Of a DNA stretch of 64,000 nt, positions 35,476 to 64,000 are shown one piece after another (position 1 is the first letter of the stretch; the number at the start of each line of letters is the position of its first letter). The stretch lies in NCBI RefSeq assembly GCF_009914755.1, contig NC_060925.1, one strand, 5' to 3'. The position numbers and the translations under genes were made by a program. Source of the stretch: the human T2T-CHM13v2.0 reference genome, Homo sapiens. A model generated the notes under the pieces. The model was not told the origin of the DNA, made no database searches, and saw nothing but the letters and a program-made list of their open reading frames with translations.

Positions 35476-35969
35476 TAAAAAACTTTGAAAATAGAAAACT
35501 ATCTGCAGTAAGCGTCTAATTATGAAGAAAGAAGAAAAAAGAAAAACAATTCTGCTATCACAGAAGAGAATTGTAATATTAATCTTTTAAAAATTTTCTA
35601 TACTGAATAAACTATAATTATCAGTTTTATAATACAAAAACCACTCTTCACAAAGACTACAGAACAAAGCTTTGCTATCAGTGGGCTTCTCCACTGTGCA
35701 ATGAAGCCACATTAATTAATCAAGCGTATTTATAATAATGAGATTTCAATCGGGCTCCAGGTCCAATTTTCCTAACACCCGTAAGAATCTCCTGATGTTG
35801 GTACGAGATCAAACTGCTCAAGCCTAACCCATTCTTTGGACTTGAGCAAATACCCATTTTGGGGTGTGTTTTTCTCCTATACTTGTTGAATTCAGGTCAT
35901 TTCAAATGTAAACAAACTGCTCCCAAACAATATAATGGGGGAGAGAAAACCCCAGAGGAAAAATGGACT

Positions 35970-37590
<1,621 letters not shown>

Positions 37591-37675
37591 TGGTGCTCTG
37601 GGGAAGGCAGAAGAGTAGGAACAGGAAAGAAACCACACTTGAACATGATGTCAAAGAAAGTAAATGCTTCTGTAC

Positions 37676-37803
37676 CCCCTTCTGCTGAATGGCTATGATG
37701 CCTACATTTTTCTTTCCTCTTTTCATCTTTTCTGTGATGAACTTTTTCTTTCCAAGACATTTGCTGGGGTGGTTTGATGGCCAAAGAATCATCTTCTTCT
37801 CCT
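37676..37803 (-). CDS. CDK11A: CDK11A exon 4
   Basis: GEEDDSLAIKPPQQMSWKEKVHHRKDEKRKEKCRHHSHSAEG; 128 nt. Confidence 0.92.
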
Positions 37804-37959
37804 CTGAAATAAAACACAACAGCACTGCGTCATGCTTGAGAAAGTGCGGAAAAGCATCAGGCTATTATGAGGTTTTTTCAACCCAGAAAAATGCATGATT
37901 CAGATAGGAACGAAGCTGAAACATCATTTAAAAAATTACATTAATTCTCCAACTTCAGG

Positions 37960-39905
<1,946 letters not shown>

Positions 39906-39964
39906 GGACTGGCCAGGCCAGGGCTGTGTACAGCTGGGTCTTGCACATCTGTACATCTGCTCAC

Positions 39965-40080
39965 CTGTCTTCCATTGAGTCTTCTCTTCTATACGGGGAG
40001 TTCCTTATTGTGATCTCCATGCAGTGATCTCTCAGCTCCCCCTCCTCAAGGGAATCCCGCTTGGAATCCCGGTCATCAGA
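39965..40080 (-). CDS. CDK11A: CDK11A exon 3
   Basis: SDDRDSKRDSLEEGELRDHCMEITIRNSPYRREDSMED; 116 nt. Confidence 0.95.
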
Positions 40081-40529
40081 CTAAGAAGCAAAGAGAAAGT
40101 TAATCATTTTCTTTATAAGTTTTTTTTTCTTCATAGATAAAAGTATTTTTAATGATAATCAAACCTGGGCAACATCCCAAAACAAACTTTCACATGTACT
40201 CTGAATGAGCCAGTGTTATAAAATATAAAGAACTTTTGGCCAGGTGCAGTGGCTCACGCTTGTAATCCCAGCACTTTGGGAGGCCGAGGTGGGTGGATCA
40301 CGAGGTCAGGACATTAAGACCATCCTGGCTAACACGGAGAGATCCCATCTCTACTAAAAATACAAAAAATTAGCTTGGCATGTTGGTGAGCCCCTGTAGT
40401 CCCAGCTACTCAGGAAGCTGAGGTAGGAGAATGGTGTGAACCTGGCCCTGGGCGACAGTGCGAGATTCCGTCTCAAAAACAAAAAAAAAGCTAACAAAGT
40501 GAGCACATGCTATTGGAAAAATACTCAAA

Positions 40530-40612
40530 GCAGAGTTGCTACAAACCTTTAATTTGGAAAAATTTCAATATCTGTGAAGCATAATAAAGTGAAGTGCAAG
40601 GTATGCCTGTAC
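40530..40612 (+). mobile_element. Tigger DNA transposon 3' end fragment
   Basis: caaacctttaatttg..atatctgtgaagcataataaagtgaagtgcaa..ggtatgcctg resembles the Tigger1-like terminus. Confidence 0.6.
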
Positions 40613-41093
40613 TCACTAACATCCCAAATGATGCTACAAATCTTAGCAAAAGAGGTACTTTGCCAATGCCTCTTACCAAATTACTAAAAAGGTTTCCTGA
40701 GTACATTACCATGCAAACCAAGAAAGATGTAAAATATTTATATTAATTTCAAGGCAAGTTCCCACTATATTAAAAATACTTAGAGATAGTATTATGAATA
40801 TACTAATAATGAAACGAGAAAAATTAGTCCAGTTTTGCTAATGACTTAACATTCAACGTATTTTATTCTCCATGTATGCTCAATCTAGACACAGCTTTAG
40901 TGTGTTAAATCTGCCTTTAATGTCAACTGAATATTTGAATATTTTTGTTAATTTTTAGAATAGATTTTGGGCTCACCTGCGACATTTAGAAGTACAAAAG
41001 AACTTCATCGAAGTATTGTTCTAATGGAAAAATGAGGGCAAAGAAATTAAATCTCCTTTAAGAAAACCACTTACTTAAAAAAATATGGCTTAC

Positions 41094-41204
41094 ATTTTTT
41101 AAGCGTTTTATCTCTGCTTTCTCCTCTTGTTCCTTCCTTCGTTTCTTTTCCTGAAGAATTTCATCTAAAGTTTTCACTTTCCAAGAGTCCTTTTCATCAC
41201 CCAT
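41094..41204 (-). CDS. CDK11A: CDK11A exon 2 coding part (start ATG 41202-41204; exon begins at 41217)
   Basis: MGDEKDSWKVKTLDEILQEKKRRKEQEEKAEIKRLKN|gtaagc. Confidence 0.95.
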
Positions 41205-42299
41205 TTGAGTTAAAACACTGCAAAAAGAAAAATAATTCAGCCTACATCAGGACACAGCAAGCTATGGTGCTGAACACTTGAACCTAGTCACTTTTGAGGG
41301 ATTCAGAATAAATCCTCATTAAGAATAAGTTGTGCCCGGCGCAGTGGCTCAAGACGGTAACCCTAGCACTTTGGGAGGCCGAGGCGAGCAGATCGCTGGA
41401 GTTCCGGAGTTCAACACCAGCCCGGGCAACATGGCAAAACCTCGTCTCTACAAAAAATACAAAAGTTAGCCCAGTGTGGTGGCGCGTGCCTGTATTCCTA
41501 GCTACAGGAAGGAGGCTGCTAGAGGCAGGAGGATCACTTGAATCAGAGAGGTCAAGGCTGCAATGAGCCAAGACTGCGCCACTGCACTCCAGCCTAGATA
41601 ACAAAGTAAGACTTGGTTAAAAAAAAAAAAAAAAAAAGGTAAGCTCTAGGCTGAGGCGGGTGGATCACAAGGTCAGGAGGTCAAGACCAGCCTGGCCAAC
41701 ACGGCGAAAACCCTGTCTCCACTAAAAATACAAAACTTAGCTGGGCGTGGTGGCGGGTGCCTGTAATCCCAGCTACTCGGGAGGCCGAGGCAGCAGAATC
41801 GCTTGAATCCGAAAGGCGGAGGTTCCGGTGAGCCGAGGTCGCGTCACTGCACTCCAGCAAGACCCCGTCTCAAAAAAAAAAGAAAAAAAAACAAGAATGA
41901 TAAGTTGTAAGCCAGGCAAGGTGGCGAGCGCCTGTAGTCCCATATACTCTGCAAGCTGAGATGGGAGACCGATTGAGCCCAGGAGTTCCAGGCTGAAGTG
42001 CGCTTGTGAACAGCCACTGCGCTGCAGCATGGGCGACAAAAAAGAGTGATGGGTTCTGAAAAATGACCGCTTGAAATCAAGTCTCGTTTCTGTCATTCTT
42101 GTATGGTCTTGGGTAACGTAATTCACCTCAGTTTAGTCTTCCGTACAACCAGAATAACAACACCTACGTGATAGTATCGATCGCGGATTAAAGATCATCC
42201 GTTTAAAGGCTCTTAACTCAGGACCTGCCACTCATCAAACACTGCTTTTACTGTCAGAATCTGCTAGAAAGACCGCTTGGACTACGTGAAGCCACTAGC

Positions 42300-45480
<3,181 letters not shown>

Positions 45481-45764
45481 AAAAATCTCCAGTTTACCCT
45501 TCCTTTGTGAAATCTGTTGAGTACCCAAATGCAGCCACTCATGTCAAACCCTAACAAAATCGACCCCAGAGCCCACGAGGAGGGGGTGGCCTCGCACTTG
45601 CGCTTGATAGGAGCTGCCACAAAGGCCTTTCCCAACCAGAACTTTGGGTCCAGCCACTTCTGTGAAGAGCCTCTTTGCTAGCAATAGCCAGCCCCACCGG
45701 TGAACAAAGTAGCATGAACACCAGAGGTCCACAAGGAAGAAAACAAAGCAGTCCATATTTAACA

Positions 45765-45770
45765 TTTATT
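45765..45770 (-). terminator. AATAAA of the ancestral SLC35E2 long 3' UTR
   Basis: tttatt on the plus strand at the end of a long UTR-like, mostly unique stretch (45.75-49.3 kb). Confidence 0.6.
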
Positions 45771-47471
45771 TTACTTTGCTGAGCAAGAATCATAGACAGC
45801 TACTACCACGGCTGCTTCGTTTGGACAAAAATAACCAGGAGGCATCCACGGGATTAGTTACACGGTATCAACTTACCACCACAGCAGAATCAACAGTGAC
45901 TCGCTAATTAACAGAACCGTTTGCTAGAAAGCACTAATCTAGTTATATAAATACTGAAATAGGTCACATGCAAAACACTATAAACGTTTTGTGTGATGTA
46001 CTTTTAGTTCTCCATAGTTTTGTTTGGTATAAAGGAAATATAATTTGGCTGTGACGTAGACTGTTGATGTAATTTTCAAGTTTTCCTGTATGGGGAAAGT
46101 TGCCCTGACTGTGGCCCTTTTCAAGGTGGAGCCTCCAACACCACGTTGGCAGATTCAGACTCCGTGAACAGTCTAAATGAGCAAGTCAGCTGAATGCCAC
46201 TTTCAGATGGAAGGGAAATGAGATGGAAAACAACAAAAAAGGACTGCCAGGCGGAACAGTTTCCAACCGAGTTTTCGTTGAGTGAGGATCCAGCAGCCAT
46301 CAAACTCAAACATAGGGGCCCGCAGGGAAACTGGAGGAAATACTTCAGAGACAGCAAAGCTGAAGGTTTCTGTGCTCTGAGGGATCCGAGAGTGGATGTC
46401 CCACTCCTGTATCCTCAGCCAGACACAGAACTAGCCAGATTCATTAGGGAAGCTCGGATGCTCTCATTCTATAAAGTAAGGCCCCCAGCAGGGCACGTAC
46501 ATACATTGGGAAAGAAGAAACCCCTTAGTACCATGTTGGTCAAAGGCAAGAGAGAGAATTCTATTTCCATCTGGAATGTCATTCTTGTTTACTTCTTCCA
46601 ACAGTGAAATACTTCCAGGCCTTCGAAAGGCCATCCTTTGGACACATGTAAAAAGCTGTCTTGTTGGCCCGTTATTCCCACTGACCCGTCTGAGTGATCA
46701 CCCAGGAGCGCGGCGGCAGCAAGCAGAGCTCACCGGATTTGGGACAAGGATTTTAAAGGCAGCTACAAAGCTGAGCTCTATTTGCTGATGATAGTCTCTG
46801 TTCAGCTGTTTAAAATGACTGTCTGACTCACCATGGTAATTTTTCACAAATTAAAAACACATTTTGGGTTGTGCAACAGTGTTCTCATCTTTCCAGGCAG
46901 GCAGATTATTTTAATGCTGTTATACAGGGAATTGGGACTCTCGGATTTTCTTTTTTAACCTTTTTATGCCATTCAGTAGGGGAAGTTTCCTTGAAAGTTA
47001 GAGAGCTGCAAATCTCTAAGTATCAATGTAAAGAAGCAGATGACCCAATTCGGAAGGTGGTTCAAGTGTTCTGTTTGTTTACAAAGGCACAGACCACGAC
47101 CATGGACACACCCAGTGGAAGTAACCACACCCGGTGTGTTCCTAGAAGCTCATCTGTGACAGTTCAACAAGAACTTACTATTCTAGAAAAGTATTACACA
47201 AAGTTATTTAAAAAAATGTCTGTACAATCGTTAACACGGCCAAGCCAGGCCTTGGGTTTTGCCTCTTGGTGCCCGGCTGTGCTGGGAATGCCATGAAGAC
47301 CAGCGGCTGGAAACCGACTTGGGCATGGAGAGGAGACTGAGGGAGAGGGAGGGGACAGCACGACTGAGCAAGGGCACAGTGCTGGCTGCCTCATGGGCTC
47401 CAGGCTCCTTCTGCCAGGATGAGGAAGAGGCCCCAGAGCAGCGTTACACAGGAAATCAACCTATTTGCTAA

Positions 47472-47879
<408 letters not shown>

Positions 47880-48302
47880 TGAGATTACAGGCACCCACCA
47901 TCACAACCAGCTAATTTTTGTATTTTTGGTAGAGACAGGGTTTCATCATGTTGGCCAGGCTGGTCTCGAACTCCTGGCCTTGTGATCCGCCATCTGCAGC
48001 CTCCCAAAGTGCTGGGATTAGAGGCCTGAGCTACCGCAGCCGGTCTTCTATTAGTTTTTGAGGAAAGCAGAAAAAAAGAAATGGAAACCCAGGGAAAGTC
48101 ACGTGACAAAACATCTTCGCAGCGCAGTGAGCACACACCTGGCCTGTCCTCCACACACAGGTCAGCGGTTTTATAGAAGCGGCTGAAGCAGGTGTAGTAG
48201 CCCACGCCTATATTCTCGACACTACGGGAGGCTGAGTGGGAAGGATTGCTTGAGCCGAGGAGTTCAAGACCAGCCTGGGCAACAAAGCGAGAGCCCAGCT
48301 CA

Positions 48303-48476
<174 letters not shown>

Positions 48477-49301
48477 TTACTTGTGGGTTAAAAAGCCTCA
48501 CTTCGGTCCATCATCATGGCAGACTTTTTTGAGTAGGTAGAAGTTAATGAGTCAGAATTATTGCTCTGTTTCTGAACGATTTTATCTTCAGGAGGGGCTA
48601 TTTTTGTATTTCCCAGGTGAGAAGCCAAATGGAAAGCCAGTGAAGTGACCATGGGTGCCAAAGGCCTAAAGAGCAGGCAGGGAAATGAGACTCGGGACCA
48701 CTGGAGCCCCATGCTGCCTCTGACAAGCCCTGGAGCTCTGGGTCTCAAAGGCTGGCTGGCAACAGGCTGCACCGGGCATGGGAATCCGCCGGCTGCGAGA
48801 TTGGGGGTAAAGAGCTCAGACATGGTCAGAAGCCTCTGCCTAACACACGGCTCCAGTAGCCACTCCTCAGGCCTCCTGCGCCCTCGGGGGTGCGTGACAC
48901 AGGAGGATGAGTTGAGCTGGCTGGTGGCCCCAGTGTGCCGTACTACTGTCCCTTGGGGAGAGTGGGACAGGGTGGGCGCCTGACACACACCACGCGCCCC
49001 AGAAACATTCAGTGTGGACGTTTCCTTTTTCAGCAAGGACGGCGCCCAGGTAAACGCCACGTAACCCAAACCATCAACACTGCAGCGTCCTGCCCAAGGC
49101 TCACGTGGGGAACCGGACAGGTGCTAGATGATGATAGGAACGGTGGGCTCTGAGGGAGGACAGACAGGCTCACCCCACGGGGACCTCAGAACAGCCTGCC
49201 TCATACTCAGAGTCCAAAAAAGAAAAGGAACGTACACATCTCCTCCCAAGTTAAACACGAGAGGTTTGTCCTCAACCTCAGGGCTGGAAACCACCACAGG
49301 T

Positions 49302-49510
49302 AGGAGGCTGGGCACGGGGGCTCGGCCTGTCATCCCAGCACTGTGGGAGGTCGGGTGCTGGAATCCCAGCACTGTGGGAGGCCAGGCACGGGGGCTCACG
49401 CCTGTAATCCCAGCACTATGGGAAGCTGGGCGTGGGGGCTCAGCCTGTAATCCCAGCACTGTAGGAGGCCGGGCGCCGTGGCGCATGCCTGTAATCCCAG
49501 CACTGTGGAT
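49302..49510 (+). repeat. Alu-head-derived minisatellite (~44-bp unit, ~5 copies, one truncated)
   Basis: Repeated ggaggc(t/c)gggc..gggggctc..cctgt(a/c)atcccagcactgtg preceding a complete Alu. Confidence 0.85.
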
Positions 49511-50827
49511 GGCCGAGGCAGGCGGATCACGAGGTTAGGAGTTCGAGACCATCCTGGCTAACACGGTGAAATCCCATCTCTGTTAAAAATACAAATAACT
49601 AGCTGGGTGTGGTGGCGGGTGCCTGTAATCCCAGCTACTTGGAAGGCTGAGGCAGGACAATAGCTTGAACGCGGGAGGAGGAGGCTGCAGTGAGCTGAGA
49701 TCTCACCACTCACTGCACTCCAGTTTGGGTGACAGAGCGAGACTCCGTCTCAAAAAAAAAAAAAAAAAAACAAGAACATCTCCCACACACTCACAGTGCC
49801 TTTGTAGCCCCAGGGAAAGCAATCCCTTGAGATCATTTGTTGGGTGAAAAGGGTACCAAGTACACAGTGTTAGGACCGTGCAAAAAAAGGGTGACAGGAA
49901 GTACCCTTTGCAAACTTTCCATAATGTGTACTTAATTCACTGCTCTTATAAAATGAAATTAAATAAAACAAAAAAATACTACTGAAAAATAATTGGGCAA
50001 CATGCGGTGGCTCACGCCTGTAATCCCAGCACTTTGGGAGGCCAAGGCAGACGGATCACCTGAGGTCGGGAGTTCGAGACCAGCCTGGCCAAGATGATGA
50101 AACCCTGTCTCCACTAAAAATACAAAAATTAGCTGGGCATGGTGGCAGGCACCTGTAATCCCAGCTTCTCGGGAGACTGAGGCAGGAAAATGTCTTGAAC
50201 CTGGGAGGTGGGGTTGCAGTGAGCCGAGATCGCGCCACTGCACTCCAGCCTGGGCAACAGCGTGAGACTCTGGCTCCAAAAAAAAAAAAAAAAAAAGGAA
50301 AAATAATTGGGCTGAGTGTGGTGGCTCATAATTGCAGTCCTAGCGCTTTGGGAGGCCAAGGTGGGTGGATCACTTGAGGCCAGGAATTCAAGATCAGCCT
50401 GGACAACACAGCAAAATCCCATCTCTCAAAAAAAGTAAAATAAAATAAAATAACAAAAAACAAAAATTAGCCCAGCGTGGTGGTGGACACCTGTAGTCCC
50501 AGCTACTCAGGAGGCTGAGGCGAGAGGATCACTTGAGCGGGGAGGCGGAGGTTGCAGTGAGCTGAGATGGCACCACCACACTCCAGCCTGGGTCACAGAG
50601 CAAGACTCTGTCTCAAAAAAAAAAAAAAAGTTTTTTTTTTTTGAACCACTGCTAACAATCACTAATGTTCACTAAAACACTAGGCTTCAGGAGCATTTGG
50701 AAATAATTCCTGACCGCACAAAGAAACATGCTGGTGAGAGACAGTGACCAAGCCCAGGAGACCACCATGAGTTCCAGAAAAAGTCAGAGAGAGCAGCCAC
50801 TTTTCCTGTCTCGGAGATACCTCCTAC

Positions 50828-50896
50828 TCAGGACGCAGGAAGCATGGGGCAGGGCAGCGCCATGGACAAGGCGACTCGGTGCAGGGCCTGCGGGAC
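50828..50896 (-). CDS. SLC35E2A: SLC35E2A substitute terminal coding exon ([22 protein letters not shown])
   Basis: ctcacctgcag|GTC acceptor; completes the 266-aa ORF. Confidence 0.7.
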
Positions 50897-51968
50897 CTGC
50901 AGGTGAGAGGAAGCACAAGCTCCAGCTCCTCAGCTGTGGAACGCTGCGTGCGCGGTGCACAGCTACCAGCTCGGATGGGTATTTGAGAATTTACCGCACT
51001 GACTTGGACCAGACGGAAAGCAGAGAAGAGGGAGAGCTACACCTGACTGTCCACCATCCCCGCCAGCCCCAACGTCGGCTTTTCACTTCATGTTTGGGGA
51101 CAATTACACCTCCTCATGACAGATCAGAAGTTTCAGAAAAAAGGTCCGCTGATTTCCGCAACAGGGTATGAGGTGGCCAGCTGCTGATGCCAGCTGCATG
51201 GACTCCTATCGATACTTGCTGGTAACATAACCTCATTCCTTTGTATTTGCCACCAAAAAGTCTCCAGTCTTTTTTTTTTTTTTTTTTTTTTTGAGACGGA
51301 GTCTCACTCTGTAGCCCAAGCTGGAGTGCAGTGGCACAATCTCGGCTCACTGCAACACCCGCCTCCCGGGCTGAAGTGATTCTGATGCCTCAGCCTCCCA
51401 CGCAGCTGGGACTACAGGTGCATTTCACCAGGCCTGGCTAATTTTTTGTGTTTTAGTAAAGACAGGGTTGCCCATGTTGCCCAGGGTGGTCTCGAACCCC
51501 TGAGATCAGGCAATCTGCCTGCCTTGACCTCCAGTCCACCTGGCTAGTCTCCAGTCTTTAAATTGCACCTTTGGCCGGGTGCAGTGGCTTGCACCTGTCA
51601 TCCCAGCACTGTGGGAGGCCGAGGCGGGCGGATCGCCTGAGGTCAGGAGTTTGAGACCAGCCTGGCCAACATGGTGAAACCCCGTCTCCACTAAAAATAC
51701 AAAAATTAGCCGGGCATGGTGGCACGCGCCTGTAATCCCAGCTACTTGGGAGGCTGAGGCAGGAGAATCACTTCAACCCGGGAGGCGGAGGTTGCAGTGA
51801 GCCGAGATCAAACCAAAGAAATCCAGCTCTGGGTGACAGAGCAAGACTCTGTTTCGGGAAAAATAAAATACATAGGCAGGGCGCGGTGGCTCACGCCTGT
51901 AATCCCAGCACTTTGGGAGGCTGAGGCGGGCAGATCACAAGGTCAGGAGATCAAGACCATCCTGGCTA

Positions 51969-52202
<234 letters not shown>

Positions 52203-52611
52203 TCAATCTGCCCAGTTACAGAAGTGGAAAGAAGCTGAAGGATCCTCCCCGTTTCTAGAGCTGCACCGCATGGCACAGGAAGCAGTGGCCACAGGTGTCT
52301 GTTCAAGTTCAAACTGACAGCAATCAGCTTGAATTCCGAATCTGGTTCTTGTTATATTCTCCACATTTCAAGGGCTCAGAAGCCGTATGTGGCCAGTGGC
52401 TCCTGCACTGGACAGCCCAGAAGAGACCATTCCATTCCTGCAGACAAAACTAGTCGCAGCACCCTGCTATTCTAGACAGAAAGCACTCAATTTCAAAAAC
52501 CTTCAAACGCAGAGACTTCTAGTGGAGATTTCCCTAAATACCTATTTCACACAGTTTACGGTTTATTTTACAGTTTCTCATTTGTTTTTTTGTTTTATTT
52601 ATTTTTTTTGA

Positions 52612-52872
<261 letters not shown>

Positions 52873-53065
52873 TGAGCCACTGGGCCCGGCCTATCGTTTG
52901 CATTTCAAACAGCATGGGTATAAAATAGCCTAGTAATTACACTGCATAGCCACAGTCATCCCCGTGGAAGAGAATCACATGTGTCCCTTATAAAAATACC
53001 TAGATTTCTGGTCTCCTTTGTAAACAACCTGGACACACTCAACTCTTGGGAAGTTCCTCTGCTCA

Positions 53066-53212
<147 letters not shown>

Positions 53213-54197
53213 CTATGTGGCAAACAAAAGGGTACTCTATTGGTTTCCATTTTCCATTTACTAATCATCCACCACAAACACCCAGCGCCACTCCTGCCCA
53301 GAAACTGGGTAAAGCTGCTGCCACTGAGGACAGCCCTGAAAATGCCTCGAGGGGACAGCTGAACTGTGCACTCATCCATTTTCTGGTTTTTTTTTGTTTG
53401 TTTTTATTATTTTTTGCACTAATTAATTTTCACCATGCAGATGCAAATGGACAACAAGCACATGAAAAAGGCTGAACATCACCATCATCAGGAAAATGCA
53501 ACAGAAACCCCAATGCGGGGCCGGGCGTGGCCAGTCTGGCCAACACGGTAAAACCTCGTCTCTACTAAAAACATAAAAACTAACCAGGCATGGTGGTGGG
53601 CGCCTGTAATCCCAGCTACTCAGGAGGCTGAGGCAGGACAATCACTTGAACCCGGAGGCGGAGGTTGCAGTCAGCTGAGATGGCACCACTGTACCCCAGC
53701 CTGGGCGACAAGACAGAGACTTCTCTGGGCTGCCAGAGGCTCCGGAAGCCAGGTGCCTCAGGCCGTGGCAGTTCCGTCACTCTCCAACGCCTCCCCCACA
53801 GACTTCTTTTTGCTAAATGGTATCAAGATTTTCTCGTTGTTGTCAGCAAGAGAGTTGGTTTTCTAACATCTCATCGACCATGGCTGGAGGTCAAATCGAT
53901 GTTTTAAACTTGCTGGAAATAAACGGTTCCTTTCTTGCATGGCTCGATGAGCAATAAGGTTCCTCTGTGTCATTTTGTTTACGATTTTTAGGATTGCTTT
54001 TTAAAGCCGGACACGGCGGCTGATGGCTGTAATCCCAGCACTTTAGGAGGCCGAGGCAGGAGGATCACTTGAGATAAGGAGTTCAGGACCAGCATGGGCA
54101 ACACAGCGAGACCCCATCTCTATAGAAAACACAAAAATGAGGCTGGGGGTGCTCATACACGCACTGAGGGTTGACCCTGGTGTTCTTGCCTTCTCAG

Positions 54198-55917
<1,720 letters not shown>

Positions 55918-56239
55918 TTATAATCACCTAAACGTGTGTGCGGGTCTCAAGTGCATGTGGGGCAAGCCCAACCCCATCCTGGACCCTCGGCCTCCTCCCG
56001 TCCCCAAAGGCAGACAGACACTTCCCTCGGCCTTAAGATCTTGTCGTTTCTTAAATAAGCGAACACGTGTGCACCCCCCTACTCCGTTCAAGATGCCGCG
56101 CTCTGTGGGCGCCTCTGCTCCTCGCTGGTTTTCATGCAGCCACACTGGGTACGCGACATGGGGCCGACATGTCACTGGAAATCGCCTGTGAGTCATTAAG
56201 AGGTGGGAGAGGCAGGAGCCTGGGTTGCAGCTGAGGTCA

Positions 56240-56845
<606 letters not shown>

Positions 56846-57184
56846 TCACCTTAGAACGAGTCTGTCTGCCTGCACCCACCGGGCAGGCTCTCCAAGGGAC
56901 TCGCTCGCTCGGTTGGCACGTCGGCCCCTCTCCGCCCACCTCCTCATCACCAACATGGTGCCTGGACCCGCTTCTGTGACGCTTTAGGTCGAGCCCCCAG
57001 GAAACGGCACTGCGTCCAATGGGAAGTGACTTCTGCCACCCCTTGAAAACGTCCCAGAGACAAGGAGGCACCCTGTCCTGAGACCACCAGCCCGGAAAGA
57101 AGCTGACTGAACACACGTGGCAGTGAGAGCCACGAAGCCACATTCATTTGGTGTCCTGAAATCTGGACAGCCCTGGTGCTTTTA

Positions 57185-58078
<894 letters not shown>

Positions 58079-58177
58079 CTAAAATATTAAGAAAAGGAAA
58101 CACATCACCCGTTTTGAACATTTAATGTCCTCAAAGGTTTCAACCACCAATTTAAAATCACTTTGAAAATGCAATTG

Positions 58178-64000
<5,823 letters not shown>

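Overview
Human (primate) genomic DNA, very Alu-rich, that I recognise as the 1p36.33 tandem segmental duplication MMP23/CDK11/SLC35E2. Left to right: the 5' end of SLC35E2B (minus strand; non-coding exons 1-2 and CpG-island promoter, ~9.4-12 kb); a probable duplication junction at ~18.0 kb where an orphan minus-strand 3'-UTR/poly(A) segment (probably a NADK 3'-UTR remnant) abuts MMP23 intron 1; MMP23A (plus strand, exons 2-8 intact and in frame, exon 1 absent); the complete CDK11A gene (minus strand, 20 exons, CDS 21339-41204; I checked splice sites and phases by hand; 777 aa with the proximal exon-7 donor, 790 aa with the distal one); and most of SLC35E2A (minus strand, exon-deleted and frameshifted, 266-aa ORF) with an RPS7 retrocopy in one intron. 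Positions ~4.3-10.8 kb and ~59.0-64.0 kb are paralogous copies, so several Alu-mediated rearrangements can be reconstructed within the window. This is a well-studied locus and I see no wholly new biological system. The best candidates for undescribed biology are an ATG-initiated open frame running across the duplication junction into MMP23A exon 2, a complex deletion/inversion in SLC35E2A intron 2, a possibly semi-processed RPS7 retrocopy, and the L-to-Q change in the CDK11A TLWYR motif. Gene names rely on my recognition of protein sequences, not on database searches.
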